Assembly (NCBI RefSeq): GCF_037042905.1
Contig: NC_087245.1
Coordinates: 30,010,001-30,074,000 of the forward strand
Direction of reading: 5' to 3'
DNA length: 64,000 nucleotides
Source of the DNA: Lytechinus pictus
Lineage: Eukaryota
This document shows, piece by piece, positions 12,648 through 26,610 of this stretch. A program made the translations under genes and the position numbers. The notes under the pieces were generated by a model that ran no database searches, had not been told where the DNA came from, and was given only the letters and a program-made list of their open reading frames with translations. Positions within the stretch are counted from its first letter, which is position 1. Every line of letters begins with the position of its first letter.

Positions 12648-15139
12648 CTTGATATAGATCTTCAGTAGGTCAAATCTCTCCTGGACGCTTGGTCGCATGT
12701 TCTTCCTCCCGACCTTCTTAGCGTTTTGATGTCCCTTCCAGATACCAAGGGCGGTGTGAAAGAAGAGGATCACATTAATTGCCAGAAGTATTGCCATTGG
12801 GATACCGAATGCCATGAACCTCATGAAATCATCACCAACCCAACAAAGACCACCATATGAATAATCCAGTACTTCTGAATTGGTGATAGCGTCAATGCAG
12901 ATACAAGGGACGACCACGCAAAATGACACACCAGGGATGTATACTAGGTATCTGATGAGTGACTTGAAACTTGTCTGCGCAAAGTTGAAGCTCCGGTTGT
13001 AACCAAACGTGTGGTGTAAATCGAAAGCAAGGGCATTGGTAGTGGCGAATACAGCTAACCAGCAAAAATGAGTAGTTGCAGAGACAACCTTACAGAGGAT
13101 GGGAAAGGGGTAGGCATATGAACCAACAACTGTCAGAAGTTGAGCAAGGAACAGGAACACACAAAGGAACATCATGAGTTTGTTATTGGTCAATTTCCGA
13201 AGAGATGGAAACATGATGTGTGTGGAGAGGGTCACTACCAAGGAAAGGAGGGAGACAGTCACGCAAACAGTACTCAGAATGCTCTGAGAGTCGGAGTACT
13301 GGAGAAACTCCACGGAAGAGGTGATATTTATAACACCGCTATTATCTGATGAAAATGAACACACTTGAATGTTTCCAGTTTTACTTAACACAAATTCAGA
13401 TTCATTGAATTGCATACCGGACACCAAGTGGACCAGGATTGTTTTATTCTCAATATGAAGCTGACGGAATTCCGAAGCATTCATTGTGATAATGGGACAA
13501 GAAAGAGTCACTGATACTGGATCGGTAGCATTTTTTATGCGGTCAACACAAAACTGGACTACTTCTCTTATAGAAACCATCGCATTGACATGTGAACGTT
13601 GCAACTGCGCCATTCTTCTCACTTCAAAAGATTTGTATTTTTGTGCTGCATGATGTCCTCTGAATGTCAGATGAGTTTTTTTATTTAAAGTGATCAAGGA
13701 GACATCTTGGCCGTATTTCACATCCATCCATCCAAATTGACAAAGTATATCGTCATCACTGCAAAACAGCCGGAACTCCAATATCGACGCCCCACATAAA
13801 TGGCCTCTTGAGGAAGTATTAATTATTTCAACTAAGGTGGAATATGACATGTCGACTTGCACTTCAACAGTAATTTTTGGATTCACATCCTCTGTGATAC
13901 ACTGATTCACATCAGGGTAAACATGGACTAAAGAAATGTCATCCATGGACAACCCAAGGAATTCTGTGAGGCACTTCATCAAACCTTGGTGTTCTTGAAA
14001 TGACACACATTCTCTGGTTGAATTGTTAAAGCCACCAAATTCAATCCCAATACGATTTCCATTACACCCGACAGCCCAGGTACACTCACCGTCAAAAAGA
14101 GACAAGCCGTTTCTGCACGAAAGAGAACGACATATCCCCGATAGGATGTCAAAGACAGCTCCTTCTTCGCATTCCACGGTTTCCTGCTGGACAAAACTCT
14201 CATCAACTTTGAAATTGATACCGTCATTACCTTTAAAATCTACCAGGAGTGTAATTGGGAACCCTGTAGGCGGCCTCGTGTCCCCATCTATAAATTCGAA
14301 ACAAGAAGTGAACTCTGAATAGCGAAGATCTGGAAGATTACACTTGAGACAGTATTCATTGAAAAAATATGGCATTGTCTTGGGAAGTGTCAAAGGTGCC
14401 CGCAACCCTAAACCTACACAAGCATCAGCAATCCCATCATCTGCAAAATCTTCTGGACAACTTTTGACTTCGTTGAAGCATTCTCGATATGCAGGGGTTC
14501 TCGGGTATTTATGTTTATTATCGAATGTATAATTGCACACCCCTCTCCTGATTCTATCCAGCATTTCATTAGTATCTGAAGGTGGAACAGTGTCATCACT
14601 GCAGTTGAAAAGAACAGGCCAAGATGTGAGGTTGGCAGGTTGAAAACCATGACAGATGGCACAATAGACATTTCTGAAAGTCGCCCTCTTCTCAAGAGAC
14701 ACTGGCACAATTGTCAGTAGGTCATCAGTGAAAGAAGCAGTGTCTTCACACCTTGCCTGGATGTCCGAACTATTCCAATTCGATGGGCAACGGGAGACAA
14801 ACCAATAACTAGCAGTATTTGCCTCAAAGCATGAAAACATGCCAGGGCGAACCGAATCAGGCACTTCTATGGTTTCCATGTTAAGATGACCGAATCCAAA
14901 TCCAAAGCCGAACCCTTCCATGCCTTCAGCTTCAGTGTCTTTGTTTTGGCAAAATGATTGGTAGTCCCAGCAACAATCTTCAAAATGCTCGCATGAGTCG
15001 TCGCAGCTGCAGGTGGAGATCGTGGCGATAAAACCACAACCAAGATTCGAACATGAATGGTATCTGCTACAGATTCCGATCGTCATGTTTGTATTGTTGA
15101 CTTGAATGTATTCAATAGAACCTTGAAACCAATTTTCAA
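12648..15139 (-). CDS. 7TM receptor large exon: somatomedin-B domain, Cys-rich ectodomain, TM1-TM5
   Basis: Within the 851-aa ORF; acceptor TTTTTTTTCAG| and donor AAG|GTACGC; CSCDDSCEHFEDCCWDYQSFC (SMB), FRNVYCAIC and FFNEYCLKC repeats, TM3 HFCWLAVF, ECL2 CWV. Confidence 0.93.
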
Positions 15140-15659
15140 CTGAAAAAAAAAACAACAGGACAGATATGGTCATATTTTATTATGACATGTATGATATCAT
15201 CTGAATTTAACATTAAATATTGAGTTGCAGGTCAACATAGCATAATTTCCTAAAGTACATCTTTACCGGGTTCAACTGGTTATGTCAATCAATCAATCAA
15301 TTCATTACTCTTTTGAATGTGGACATAAAATTCAATCCAATAAATCTCGGTATATATTCTAGTCATGAAAAATACAGAATTTACAGTTTAAAATTCAATC
15401 TGTGCTGTAGTTCTAGTTGTACACTTCACCTTATAATAATAACAAATGCATTTGCTACTTAAAAACCTAAAGAGGATTTTTTTAAGTTAAAACAAAGTCA
15501 GAGTGGCAGACACGTCAGAGTTTGAAGAAAAAAATGTGAGATATAATAAGAGCCTTATGGAAATTTAAATAAATGAAAAAAAAAATTGTGTTCAGATTAA
15601 CCATTTTCCAGATTTCATATTGACCATGCTGACCATGCTGGTAGTGTCATTGCGATACA

Positions 15660-17005
15660 CACGCTAAGAAATAAAGGTTCAAAATTGAACCCCTAGAGGT
15701 TGATACAATTGCAGCACCCCAAGGGCTTAAAAATTGAACCCTTACTTTGGGTTAAAAAGTCGAACCCCTAATTGGGGTTCAAAAAAATGAAATTCATTTT
15801 CTCCACCCTTTGGGTTCAAAACTGCACAACTGGGGGGGGGGGGGGGTGCAATCTAAAAGTACTCAGGGTTCATTTCAACAACCCTAGGGTTCAAATTTGC
15901 ATCCGTAAAGGTTTATTTTTGCAACTTTCAGGGAGCATTTTCCACCATATTGACCAAAGAGTTCTTTTTTGGACAGCCACCCTAAATAACAAAAGATTGT
16001 CGAGACTTCACTTTCTTTTTCTCCATCGATTTTTTAAAAGTGTTTCTTACCTTAGTTAGGACTCGAAACCACTTCAATGTAACTGCAGGTAAGACTCTTC
16101 CCACTATGCCAGCCAGGAGTGCTGATCCTGGAAGAGGTTTTCTAGTGATTTTGAGGCAATACTTCGACTAGTCTAGGCTTTCAGGCCCTTACTGATTTAA
16201 TAAACCGATGTCTGTGGACAATTGCACACATTAGATCCTGCTCGAAATTTGACGGAATAAAGCCATATTTTGGTATGTATTTCCACCCTCCCATCATCTA
16301 TGTTCTATATTAGAACTAGATATATTACTTTGAACCATCTCCATATTTTTTATTTTCAATTTTGGGTGACTGTCGCAAAAGGAACTCTTCCCCCTTTCAT
16401 TGTAAATTTGTAAAATAAAAAAAATACCGAATTGCCACTTTGATGCCTTGCTTTCCTTAGCGTGATTGGTTGATCCACGCCTTCTAGCCGCTTTGACAGT
16501 AGTATGTGTACGGCATAGAGATGTATACTAATTATGTATATTAGTATATTACTATATTATATATTAGTATATTAGTATATTAGTATATTAGTATATTAGT
16601 ATATTAGTATATTAGTATATTAGTATATTAGTATATATCTCTATGGTGTACGGTTACTTTCTTTACAAAGAATTTTAAGTTATATGTTTCGTTTACACAG
16701 ATTTACGTAGAAAATAAATTAGTAATGATCATTTGATAATTTGGCTTTATTTTCTTTCATAAACCTTTGAATCAATTCACTTTCATAAACATGATAAAAG
16801 ATACTGGCTGTAACATGTGAATAATATGATAATCACTTATCTGTACAAGACTAGTGAAGGTTCAAAATTGAACCTTCATGCAAATTGAACCCCATCCCGT
16901 ACAAAGTGAACCTGTATGGTTGAAATATTAAACCCTCGTCGAGACGTCGAGACGGGTGAAAATGGCAAAATTGGACCTTAAACTACACCTTTATTTCTTA
17001 GTGTG
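15660..17005. mobile_element. Non-autonomous CACTA/EnSpm-like DNA transposon
   Basis: CACGCTAAGAAATAAAGGT ... ACCTTTATTTCTTAGTGTG, 2-bp CA duplication, subterminal GGTTCAAAATTGAACC repeats. Confidence 0.75.
16514..16645. mobile_element. Tiny CATAGAG...CTCTATG MITE filled with (TAGTATAT)n
   Basis: 8-bp TSD GTGTACGG at 16506-16513 and 16646-16653. Confidence 0.8.
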
Positions 17006-17253
17006 CAGAGTAGGGACTTTAATTGTTTAGTCTGATCATTTCTAGTGGTCCCATCTTCAATTGCTTACTACTGATCTCAATTTCCTTTTCTTAATCAATC
17101 TGACTATTTACTTTTTCAATTGACATTTCAAAATGATTCCTGCAGTCAATATATGCCTTCTACATATGCATTCCAACATGCAACAGCAATTACAAGTCAA
17201 TCTTCTTTAAAAGAATAATAATTTGACAATTAATTTGACGTTGGTAAACTCAC

Positions 17254-17364
17254 CCTCACTACAATTTACACCTTCGTATGCCAAATAGCAAACACATTTA
17301 TAGCCAGCATCATGATCAAAGCAATCGCTATTTTCACTGCATGGATTCGATGCACAATTGATCC
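17254..17364 (-). CDS. 7TM receptor EGF-like exon (membrane-proximal EGF)
   Basis: TTTACAG| ... G|GTGAGT; INCASNPCSENSDCFDHDAGYKCVCYLAYEGVNCSE; 111 bp, phase 1-1. Confidence 0.92.
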
Positions 17365-17411
17365 CTGTAAAGACATTAAAATGGATTCTTAGTCAACTAC
17401 ACTCGGGTTAA

Positions 17412-17805
17412 AGATAAATTCCAGTTTTGGTAACGATCTCAAAATGACTTTTTACAGAATCTAATATAATGACCACCCAAGTGTTTGTTTGTATGAATAA
17501 AAAATATGTGCCAAAGGATTCTGGAAGAAATTGTGTAATTGCTGAGAAATAAGCAAAATAAGCGCGGATTCGGTCACTTCCGTTGGGTCTTTATTCCAGC
17601 AATAATAATACACTGTCCCACGTGTGCCTATCTGTGTTGGTGATCTTCAGTGTGAACATTTTTCAGCGTAGATTTCAGGATTTCACAAAGTTCAGTTTAT
17701 GTAACTGTACCAGATCTAGATCCTCGATGATATACTGCCAATTAAGCCTTGTTTTACAGACTTTCTCATGAAATCAGTGTTTACTGCAACTACTGGAATT
17801 TCTCT
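17412..17805. mobile_element. TTAA-flanked Kolobok-like MITE
   Basis: TTAA|AGATAAATTCCAGT ... ACTGGAATTTCTCT|TTAA. Confidence 0.75.
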
Positions 17806-17959
17806 TTAAGACAATATGGATTGATATCAATCTGTCTCGTAACACTTTTAATAACAGCTCTAAATCTGAAGTGTATATGCCATGTTAAAGTGATCCTGGC
17901 AATATACAAACTTGTCCGAAAGCAACACATCAAGCAAAATACATAGTTTTGATAATGAT

Positions 17960-18363
17960 ATTAAGTAATAATACATAGAATTTATAAAGCGTCTTTTTTA
18001 TTTTTATTAAATGCTCAAGGAACTTAAAAACAACAAAACAAAAAGTAAGGATAAGTACAAGAAAAGGCACATGACAATAGAGGAAAATGTCTGTCTTGAA
18101 ACCTAGTACCTACTGAGTAACAAATGCAATTTTAAGTTGCTCTTAAAGGATATTGCAGAGGAATCTCTAAGAATCGCTTGGGATGATCGCAGGGTGCGTA
18201 CAGATTGATACTGGCATATTAGATACTTGTTGTTATCGGGTGCTGGTCCAAGGATAATATGAAAAACCAAAAGTAGAATTTTGAAAACTATGCGATCCTG
18301 TATAGGCAACCAATGGAGGTCTTTGCGAACAGCTTGATCTGTGGTAAGTGGATTCAATCTCAT
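17960..18363 (-). mobile_element. L2-like LINE 3' fragment
   Basis: LHWLPIQDRIVFKILLLVF ... FKSNLKLHL. Confidence 0.75.
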
Positions 18364-18756
18364 GTAATGCTTAATGATCTAAAAGTTTGTGTACCTTCTT
18401 TGAAACTCTTTGAATTCATTGTCTAGAAATCTGAATTTTATCAACAAACTTCACACCAAAAGAGCATCTAAACAAATTATATATCATTTATGGCTCAGTG
18501 TGATTAAGGTTTGATATAAAACATCAATAATTATCGATTTTGCATTTTTTTTTCTTGGACACACTGTATCATTATTATTATTTATTCATTTATTATTATT
18601 ATAATTTTTTTTTTTTTTTTTGGGGGGGGGGAGGGGGTAGCAATATATAACACTTTGCCAATTTATTGCCAAACAAAATAACTCGAAATGCAATCTCAAA
18701 ATTCTGCAGGCCCTGTTTTTCACACCGCATGGTACTTAGTTCCCAAGACCCCCCCC

Positions 18757-19275
18757 CCCGGGGGGGGGGGGGGGCTTGGAAACTAAATACGAGTGGATAC
18801 CATGCGTGACCAAAAAAAGAACACGTTAAAAGGATCTCTTTTTCAAGATAGAGCACGTTACGTACGTAACATAATAAGGGTGTCAAAAACACTAAAATAA
18901 TGAAAAAGGATTTATTTTCGCAAGGAAAACTACGTGTTTACGGTCCAATTTGCGAGGGTATAAAAAGACTAAAATATACTTCATGAAGGATGTACGTTTA
19001 GCCCAAACACTACGTGTTGATTCTGATTTGAGCGAGATGTGTGGGATGGTACTAAGTAAAGTAAAAGTAAAGCCGACGTTCGTGACATAATTCTCATACT
19101 TGTTTAGGGGGTCAATTCTGGAATATCCTGTCAAGGGTATCGTTTTGTTTCCAATACTTGTTAAGCGGAGGGTTTCACACGCCAATATTAAGGGGTGCAT
19201 TTTCAGAACATGGAAAATACTTGTTTAGGATGCTATTTGAAACCCCATGGTCACTCATGGTATCCACTCGTCACT
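18757..19275. mobile_element. Second, diverged copy of the poly-G MITE family at 4226-4754
   Basis: Shared GAGTGGATACCATGCG...GATAGAGCACGTTACGT...ATGGTATCCACTCG. Confidence 0.75.
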
Positions 19276-19679
19276 TTACCCCCACTTTACCCTTTTAATC
19301 AGTTCCTTAGAGCCCCATTTCAGAGTTTCGTGAAGCACACCCCCATCAAAAAATAATTTTAGTGCCGACCCCCCCCCCTGGAACAGTATGACCGAAAAAT
19401 GCATACATTCCAGTAGGTCAATTGCTTTGATTGTTGTTTTTATCGCTATTGATGCTAATTCATTTTTGTCTCGCCCACCAGAGGTGAAAGCGGGACTAAG
19501 GGATCCAAATGTCGTCCGTCTGTTACAAACATTATGACACAACACTTTGCAACAATTAGTCACTTTTCAACCAAACTTGGATTTTAGATGTACTTTGGGG
19601 ACTTGCATGCTATGGTGCAGTTGCAGGTCACTTGGCAAGGTCAAAGGTCATTTTGAGTTCAACGTTAACGCTTACGTGT

Positions 19680-22600
19680 TAGTCCGGGGGCTGGGGGAGT
19701 TTATTCAGCTGATCTGGTACAAAAGGTTTGATGGTCCCAACATGTTGGCATGATATCAGTGGTCAAGAAAATATGTTGCTGCCGGGTCACTGTATCCTGT
19801 ACGGAATGCCCAGAGGACCCCATTTTTGTCGGCCAACTTGGATTTTTCATGAAATCAATTATTTTAATTTTTTCGCACAAACAAATGAAAAATATTAAAT
19901 AAATACGCATTTCACAATGATTTAGATAGTCTAAATCGATTGCAATCGTTTTCTGGACAGTCCGGTCAATATTTTTTGATAAATTTAAGAATTTATGCAA
20001 AAATTTCCATGTTTTTAGGCAAAAATTTGCATGTGCATTCATATCTTTCTGTTTTGTCATTAATATCAACAATTAATGCAAAATATCAGCACTCTACATG
20101 AAAGAGGATATATTAATGAGAACATTGATATGCTTCATGACCGTATTAGTGTCTTAACTTGCTTAGATATAGGGAAAATGACCACCAAATGTATTCCCCG
20201 ATATTGCGATAAAATGACACCAAAAAGCAACCTCCGTCACTAGTCACACTAGACATACCGACTACAATGCGCTCGCTGGCTTGCCTTTCAAAAGAGTACA
20301 ATAGACTCGATTGGCCTTGCCTCGCCTTTGTTGGTGTGACTAGCACGCATAAATGCATGTAATTAGCGTCGCGTTAGAAAAGTGTATATTACATATATGG
20401 GTATGAGGGCAAAAGGTGTTTTTTAAATATGAAAGCAACTTTTATGTTAATAAAACCTCTTGGAAAAGTTAGAGGAGGCATTACTCTGCATGTCGCAAGC
20501 AATTACATTCAGGCACCTTAAAACATAGTCCCGCAAGTGCCTGTCGAAGGTACCCCACTCTTATCCGAAGCTTGACTATTAAAATATCTTACCTTTTGGA
20601 GCCGTCATTGTGGCAAAATGATGCTTCGGATAGGTAAAAAACAACATTTATCTTCTTGAAATCACTTAGAGATGGAAGAGTAGGCTTTTCTCTATCAGCT
20701 ACATTTAAAGAAGTGAGGGCACAGCAAAGCCTACCCTCTCAGGGGGCTGCCCCAAGTCATCAAGCCCCTTTTTCGTATTTTGCCCATTTCTTGGAAAATT
20801 TGACATTTTGGAACCACATTGATAAAAAAAGTCATTCTACTATGTAGTGAAGCAACTTTTATTGTTTTAAACCACTTGGAGACAAAAGAGTAGAAATTCT
20901 TCTGTCTACTACATATAAAGAATTGCTGGAACATTGAAGCCACCCCGTCAGTGGGTTGCCGAAGACACCATCCCCTCTTTCCGTATTTTGCAATTTTATG
21001 AAAAAAATCTGCAAATTTGGAGCCCCCAATGAGGCTAAAGAGTGTTTCTGCTAAAAGCAATCCATTTTCATTGTCTTAAAACCACATGGAGACAAAAGAG
21101 TTGCCTTTGCTCTATCAGTTACATATAAAGAAGTGCTGGTACAGCAAAGCTGGTACAGCAAAGCTTACCCCCGTCCGGGGCTCCTGAAGTTACCCACCCC
21201 TTTTCTCTTAGATTACCATTTTATTAGAAAATCTGTGAATTTTGAGCCCACATTGAGGCAAAAAGATGTTTCTCCTATATAGCAAACCACTTTTATTGTC
21301 TTAACACCACTTGGATAAAAAGTTATATTTTTTCTATCTGCTTCATATAACGAATTGCTGGCACATCGAAACCTACCCCCTCAGGGGGCGGCTGAAGTCG
21401 CCCAACCCCCATTTCGCACTTCTACAAAGCATAGATATTTTGCCAATTTCTAGGAAAATTCGCCGTTTTGGAGCCCCATTGAGGCAAACATGACAAACAA
21501 CGGTTCTGCTTTGTAGAAAAGTCACTTTTATTGCTTTGTAATTCCTGGGAGATGAAAAGGCAGGATTTTCTCTATCAGCTTCATTTGAAGACGCGCTCGC
21601 ACACCTAAGCCTTCCCCCATCAGGGGCTCCCGAAATCACCCACCCCTTTACCGTATTTTACTTTTTTATTAGAAAATCTGGAAACTTTGAGCCCCCACTG
21701 AGGCTAAATGGTGTTTCTGCTTAAAAAAACACAATTATTTTCATTGTCTTCAAACCACATGGAAATGAAAGAGTTGCCTCTCCTCTATCAGTTACATATA
21801 AAGAAGTGTTGGTACAGCAAAGGCTACCCCCGTCAAGGGCTCCTGAAGTTACCACCTCTTTTCCATATTTTACCTTTTTATTAGAAAATTTTCAAATTTG
21901 GAGCCAATATTGAGGCAAAAAGATGTTTCTCCTATATAGCGAACCGCTTTCATTGTCTTAAAACCACTTGGATACGAAAAAGTAGTATTTTCTCTATCTG
22001 CTACATACAACAAAGTGCTCGCACATTGAAGCCTACCCCCTCAGGCGGCTGTTGAAGTCCCCCGCCCCTTTCCATATTTTATCAATTTATGGGAAATCTG
22101 CCCATTTGAAGTCACTGAAGAGGGTAGGCATCGATGTGCCAGCACCTTTTTCTAAATTATGTAGCTGATATATATAATAAAGCCTTCATTTTCATTTCCA
22201 GGTGGTTAAAAAAATAAAAGTGACTTCAATACATCAGAAACGCCCTTTGCCTCAATGGTGACTCTAAATGACAAATTTTCTAATAATTAGACAAAATGGA
22301 TAAACAGGATGGGGTGACTTAATATTCGGCAGCCCCTGAAGAGGGTAGGCGTCGATGTGCCAGCCCTTTTTTTATTTAAAAAGCCTACTCTTTCATCCCC
22401 AAGCCCAGGGAAGTTAAAATAATAAGAGTGGTTTTACTTCATAGCAGAAATACCCTTTTTGCATCAATGGGGCTAAACACTGAGAATTTTCCAATAAAGA
22501 GGGAAAGTAGGCAAAAAGGTGGGGTGACTTCAACAGCCCCTGAATTGAGTAGCTTCGGTGCGCCAGCACGTTTTGTGCATGTAGCTGATAGAAGAAAGCC

Positions 22601-25075
22601 TATTCTTTCATCTTTAAGTTGCTTTAAAAAAATCAAATTGACTTCATTATATAGCAGGAATACTGTTTTGCCTGAACAAGGGGGTCAAAAACTGTGAATT
22701 ATTCAATAAACTGATAAAGTGGGAAAATAGGCAAAAGGGTGGGGGTATTCGGCAGCCTATGACGGGGGTGGGCTTCTGCGTGCGAGCACATCTTGAAATG
22801 AAGTTGATAGAGAAAATCCTACTTTTTTGTCTCCCATGAGTTACAAAACAATACAAGTGACTTTCTGCAAAGCAGAAACGCCGTTTGTCTCAATGAGGCT
22901 CCAAAATGGCGAATTTTCCTAGAAATGGGCGATATACAAAATAGGGGAATTTAGCCGTCCCCTGATGGGGAAAGGCTTCGATGTGCCAGCACTTCATTAT
23001 AATGTAGCAGATAGAGAAAATAACTACTTTTTGCATCCAAGGGGACAATGAAAGTGGTTTGCTATTAGGAGAAACATCTTTGTGCCTCAATGTGGGCTCC
23101 AAATTCGCAGATTTTCTGATAAAAAGGTAAAATACGGAAAAGGGTTGGGTAATTTCGGGAGCCCTTGACAGGGGTGGGCTTTGTTGTACCAGCACTTATT
23201 TATATGTAACTGATAGAATAAATGCTACTCTTTTGTCTCCAAGTGGATTAAGGCAATGAAATGGATTGATATGTAGCAGAAACACCTTTTGCCTCAATGG
23301 GGGCTCCAAATCGACAGATTTTCCTATAAATTGTTAAAATGCGAAATTGGGGGTTGGGTGAATTCAGCCACCCCCTGAGTGGTAGGCTCTGATGTGCCAG
23401 CAATTCGATACATATGAAGCAGATGGAAAAAATACTACTTTTTTTATCCAAGTGGTGTTAAAACGATGAAAGTGGTTTGCTATAATAGGAGAAACATCTT
23501 TTTGCCTCAATGTGGGCTCCAAATTCACAGATTTTCTAGTAAAAAGGTAATCTAAGAGAAAAGGGGTGGGTAATTTCAGGAGCCCCTGGCGGGGGTAAGC
23601 TTTGCTGTACCAGCACTTCTTTATATGTAACTGATAGAGGAAAGGCAACTCTTTTGTCTCCATGTGGTTTTAAGACAATGAAAGTGGATTGCTTTTTAGC
23701 AGAAACACCCTTTAGCCTCATTGGGGGCTCCAAATTTGCAGATTTTTCCATAAATTTGCAAAATACGGAAAAGGGGGATGGTGTCTTCGGCAACCCACTG
23801 ACGGGTGTGGCTTCAATTTTCTAGCAATTCTTTATATGTAGTAGACAGAAGAATTTCTACTCTTTTGTCTCCAAGTGGTTTAAAACGATAAAAGTTGCTT
23901 CACTACATAGTAGAATGACTTTTTTTTATCAATGTGGTTCCAAAATGTAGAATTTTCCAAGAAATGGGCAAAATACGAAAAAGGGTCTGGGTGACATGGG
24001 GCAGCCCCCTGAGAGGGTAGGCTTTGCTGTGCCCTCTCTTCTTTAAATGTAGCTGATAGAGAAAAGCCTACTCTTCCATCTCTAAGTGATTTCAAGAAGA
24101 TAAATGTTGTTTTTTACCTAAGTATCCGAAGCATCATTTTGCCACAATGACGGCTCCAAAAGGTAAGATATTTTAATAGTCAAGCTTCGGAAAAGGGTGG
24201 GGTACCTTCGACAGGCTCTTGCGGGACTATGTTTTAAGGTACCCAAATGTAATTGCTTGCTACATGCAAAGTAATGCCTCCTCTAACTTTTCCAAGAGGT
24301 TTCATTAACATAAAAGTTGCTTTAATATGTAAAAAAAATGCCTTTTGCCCTTATACACATATATGTAATATACACTTTTCTAACGCGACGCTAATTACAT
24401 GCATTTATGCGTGCTAGTCACACCAACAAAGGCGAGGCAAGACCGATCGAGTCTATTGTACTCTTTTGAAAGGCAAGCCAGCGAGTGCATTGTAGTTGGT
24501 ATCACTAGTGTGACTAGTGACGGAGGATGCTTTTTGGTGTCATTTTATCGCAATATCGGGGGATACATTTGGGGGTATTTTCTCTATATTTAAGCAAGTT
24601 AAGACATTAATACAGTCATGAAGCATATCAATGTTCTCATTAATATATCCTCCTTTGTGTAGAGTGTTGATATTTTGCATTAATTGTTGATATTAATGAC
24701 AAAACAGAAAGATATCAATGCACATGCAAATTTTTGCCTATAAACATTGAAATTTTGGCATAAATTCATATATTTATCAAAAAATATTAACCGGACTGTC
24801 CAGAAAACTATTGCAATCGAAATAGACTAATCTAAATCATTGTGAATTGCATATTTAATTAATATTTTTCATTTGTTTGTGCGAAAATATGAAAATAATT
24901 GATTTTCATGAAAAATCCAAGATGGCCGACAAAAATGTGGTCCTCTAGGCCTTCCGTATAGGATATGACCTGGCAGCAACATATTTTTTTGACCACTGGT
25001 ATCATGCCAACATGTTGCGACCATCAAACCTTTTGTACCCGATCAGCTGAATAAACTCCCCCAGCCCCCGGACTA
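19680..25075. mobile_element. 5.4-kb non-autonomous foldback DNA transposon, Academ-like
   Basis: TAGTCCGGGGGCTGGGGGAG ... CTCCCCCAGCCCCCGGACTA; TIRs >1.6 kb; TGT duplicated at 19677-19679 and 25076-25078; no transposase ORF. Confidence 0.88.
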
Positions 25076-25709
25076 TGTAAGACTCTGTTATGACACATAA
25101 CTCTGCAACCTACTTGAGTCACTTTTCACCCAAACTTGGGTTTTAGGTGTACTTTGGAGACGTGCATGTTATTGTGCAGTCGGAGGTCGAATGGTAACGT
25201 CAACGGTCATTTTGAGGTCAACGTTAAAGTTTACGTGCAAGACTCTCTTATGACACATAACTCTGCAACTGTAATTCACTTTTCCTCAAAACTTGGGTTG
25301 TAGAGGTACAGGAGACCTGCATGTTATTGTGCAGTCGGAGGTCACAAGGTAAGGTCTTGAGGTCAACATTACAGTTTACGTGCAAGACTCTCCTATGACA
25401 CATGTTATTCCACCCCAGTTAATATACAAGGAACTTTTGATACAATTTTGTTGCGTGCCGTCGCAAAATCACGATATTTCTGGTTATTTCCACAAGTGGG
25501 AGAGACAGAACATCGCTATGCCTTGTTTTTATGTTAATGTGATATCCATTGCTATTATCATCATTTAAAATTTACTTTTCTCTTGTTAGACAAGACCAAT
25601 ATGGGGAGAATTTGAGTTCAAGAAGCATTTTTTTGTAAAAGTTGGGAACCGATCTATTTCACCTAATTTGAATGTGCTGAATCTGATTAGACCGGTTCCC
25701 AAGCCAATC

Positions 25710-26610
25710 TTTCATTTATTTATTTCAAATATTTAAAAGAAGGGTAGCTCAATCAGCAACAAGCTGGTTTTCGTTGAGGCCCTTCGTGAACAAACACAAA
25801 TATAAAACATGGTAACATATTCAAGTATAAACAAAGAATAGAGCATAAATACTAATATTGAAAAAAAAATGAAATGAAATAAGCATAATTAACTATGGAA
25901 AATAACAGAACAAATAAAATATGATACTGTACAGATGTTACCTAAAACTAAACGAAAACATTATATACACATGAAAAGAGATAAAATATGTACAAAATGA
26001 GGAGAAAGAATAAAATAGATTCCACCATTAGTCCCTATTACATATTAAAGGTTTTTTCCCATTTAGCCATTTCCCGTTTGAACTGTTTAATGTTTTCTAT
26101 GAATCGGAGGTGTTCGGGTAGTTTATTCCAATGTAATGGGCCTGTGACAAAAAATGATTTCTGATAAAAGGTTGTACGAGCATATGGCACCCTGATTATC
26201 ATCTTATTTGTGCTTCTAGTTGTTCGGGAGGATATTTTCTCTATATAAATAAACTTATCACAAAGCACCTGGGGAGCAGCTTCGTGTAAACATTTATGAA
26301 CCATTAAGCGAGATGCTCTAAAAAAGACATTGCGTATTTTGGGCCAGGATAATATTTTGAAAATTTGTTCAGATGGAGTTTCCCAAGAGAAGTTAGATAC
26401 CATGTATGCTGCCCTCTTATGTAATCTCTCTAACTTACTGTGATTAATTTCAGATCTTTCCGACCAGACGGTACAGCAATACATTATATGGGGCATTACA
26501 AAAGCCCAATACAGCTTATTCAATTGTGCTTTATCAAAATACTGTTTACAGCGGCGAATAGTTCCTAGTTTTTGTTTTACAATTAAAGATATGCTGTCAA
26601 CGTGTTTTTA
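25710..26610 (-). mobile_element. 5'-truncated LINE (CR1/L2-group) inserted in the left TIR
   Basis: ORF 26038-26523 (PHIMYCCTVWS, LERLHKRAA, WNKLP); AATAAA-rich tail near 25710-25725. Confidence 0.85.

Noticed and set aside
13140..14710. Antisense and alternative-frame ORFs over the large exon
   Set aside because: Shadow ORFs of the real coding frame
15140..15173. ORF-track start MTISVLLFFFS as a signal peptide
   Set aside because: It is the intron pyrimidine tract; the acceptor at 15140 joins in frame to the EGF exon
19701..24593. Many 60-120-aa ORFs, some duplicated on opposite strands
   Set aside because: By-products of the inverted repeat arms; no transposase motifs
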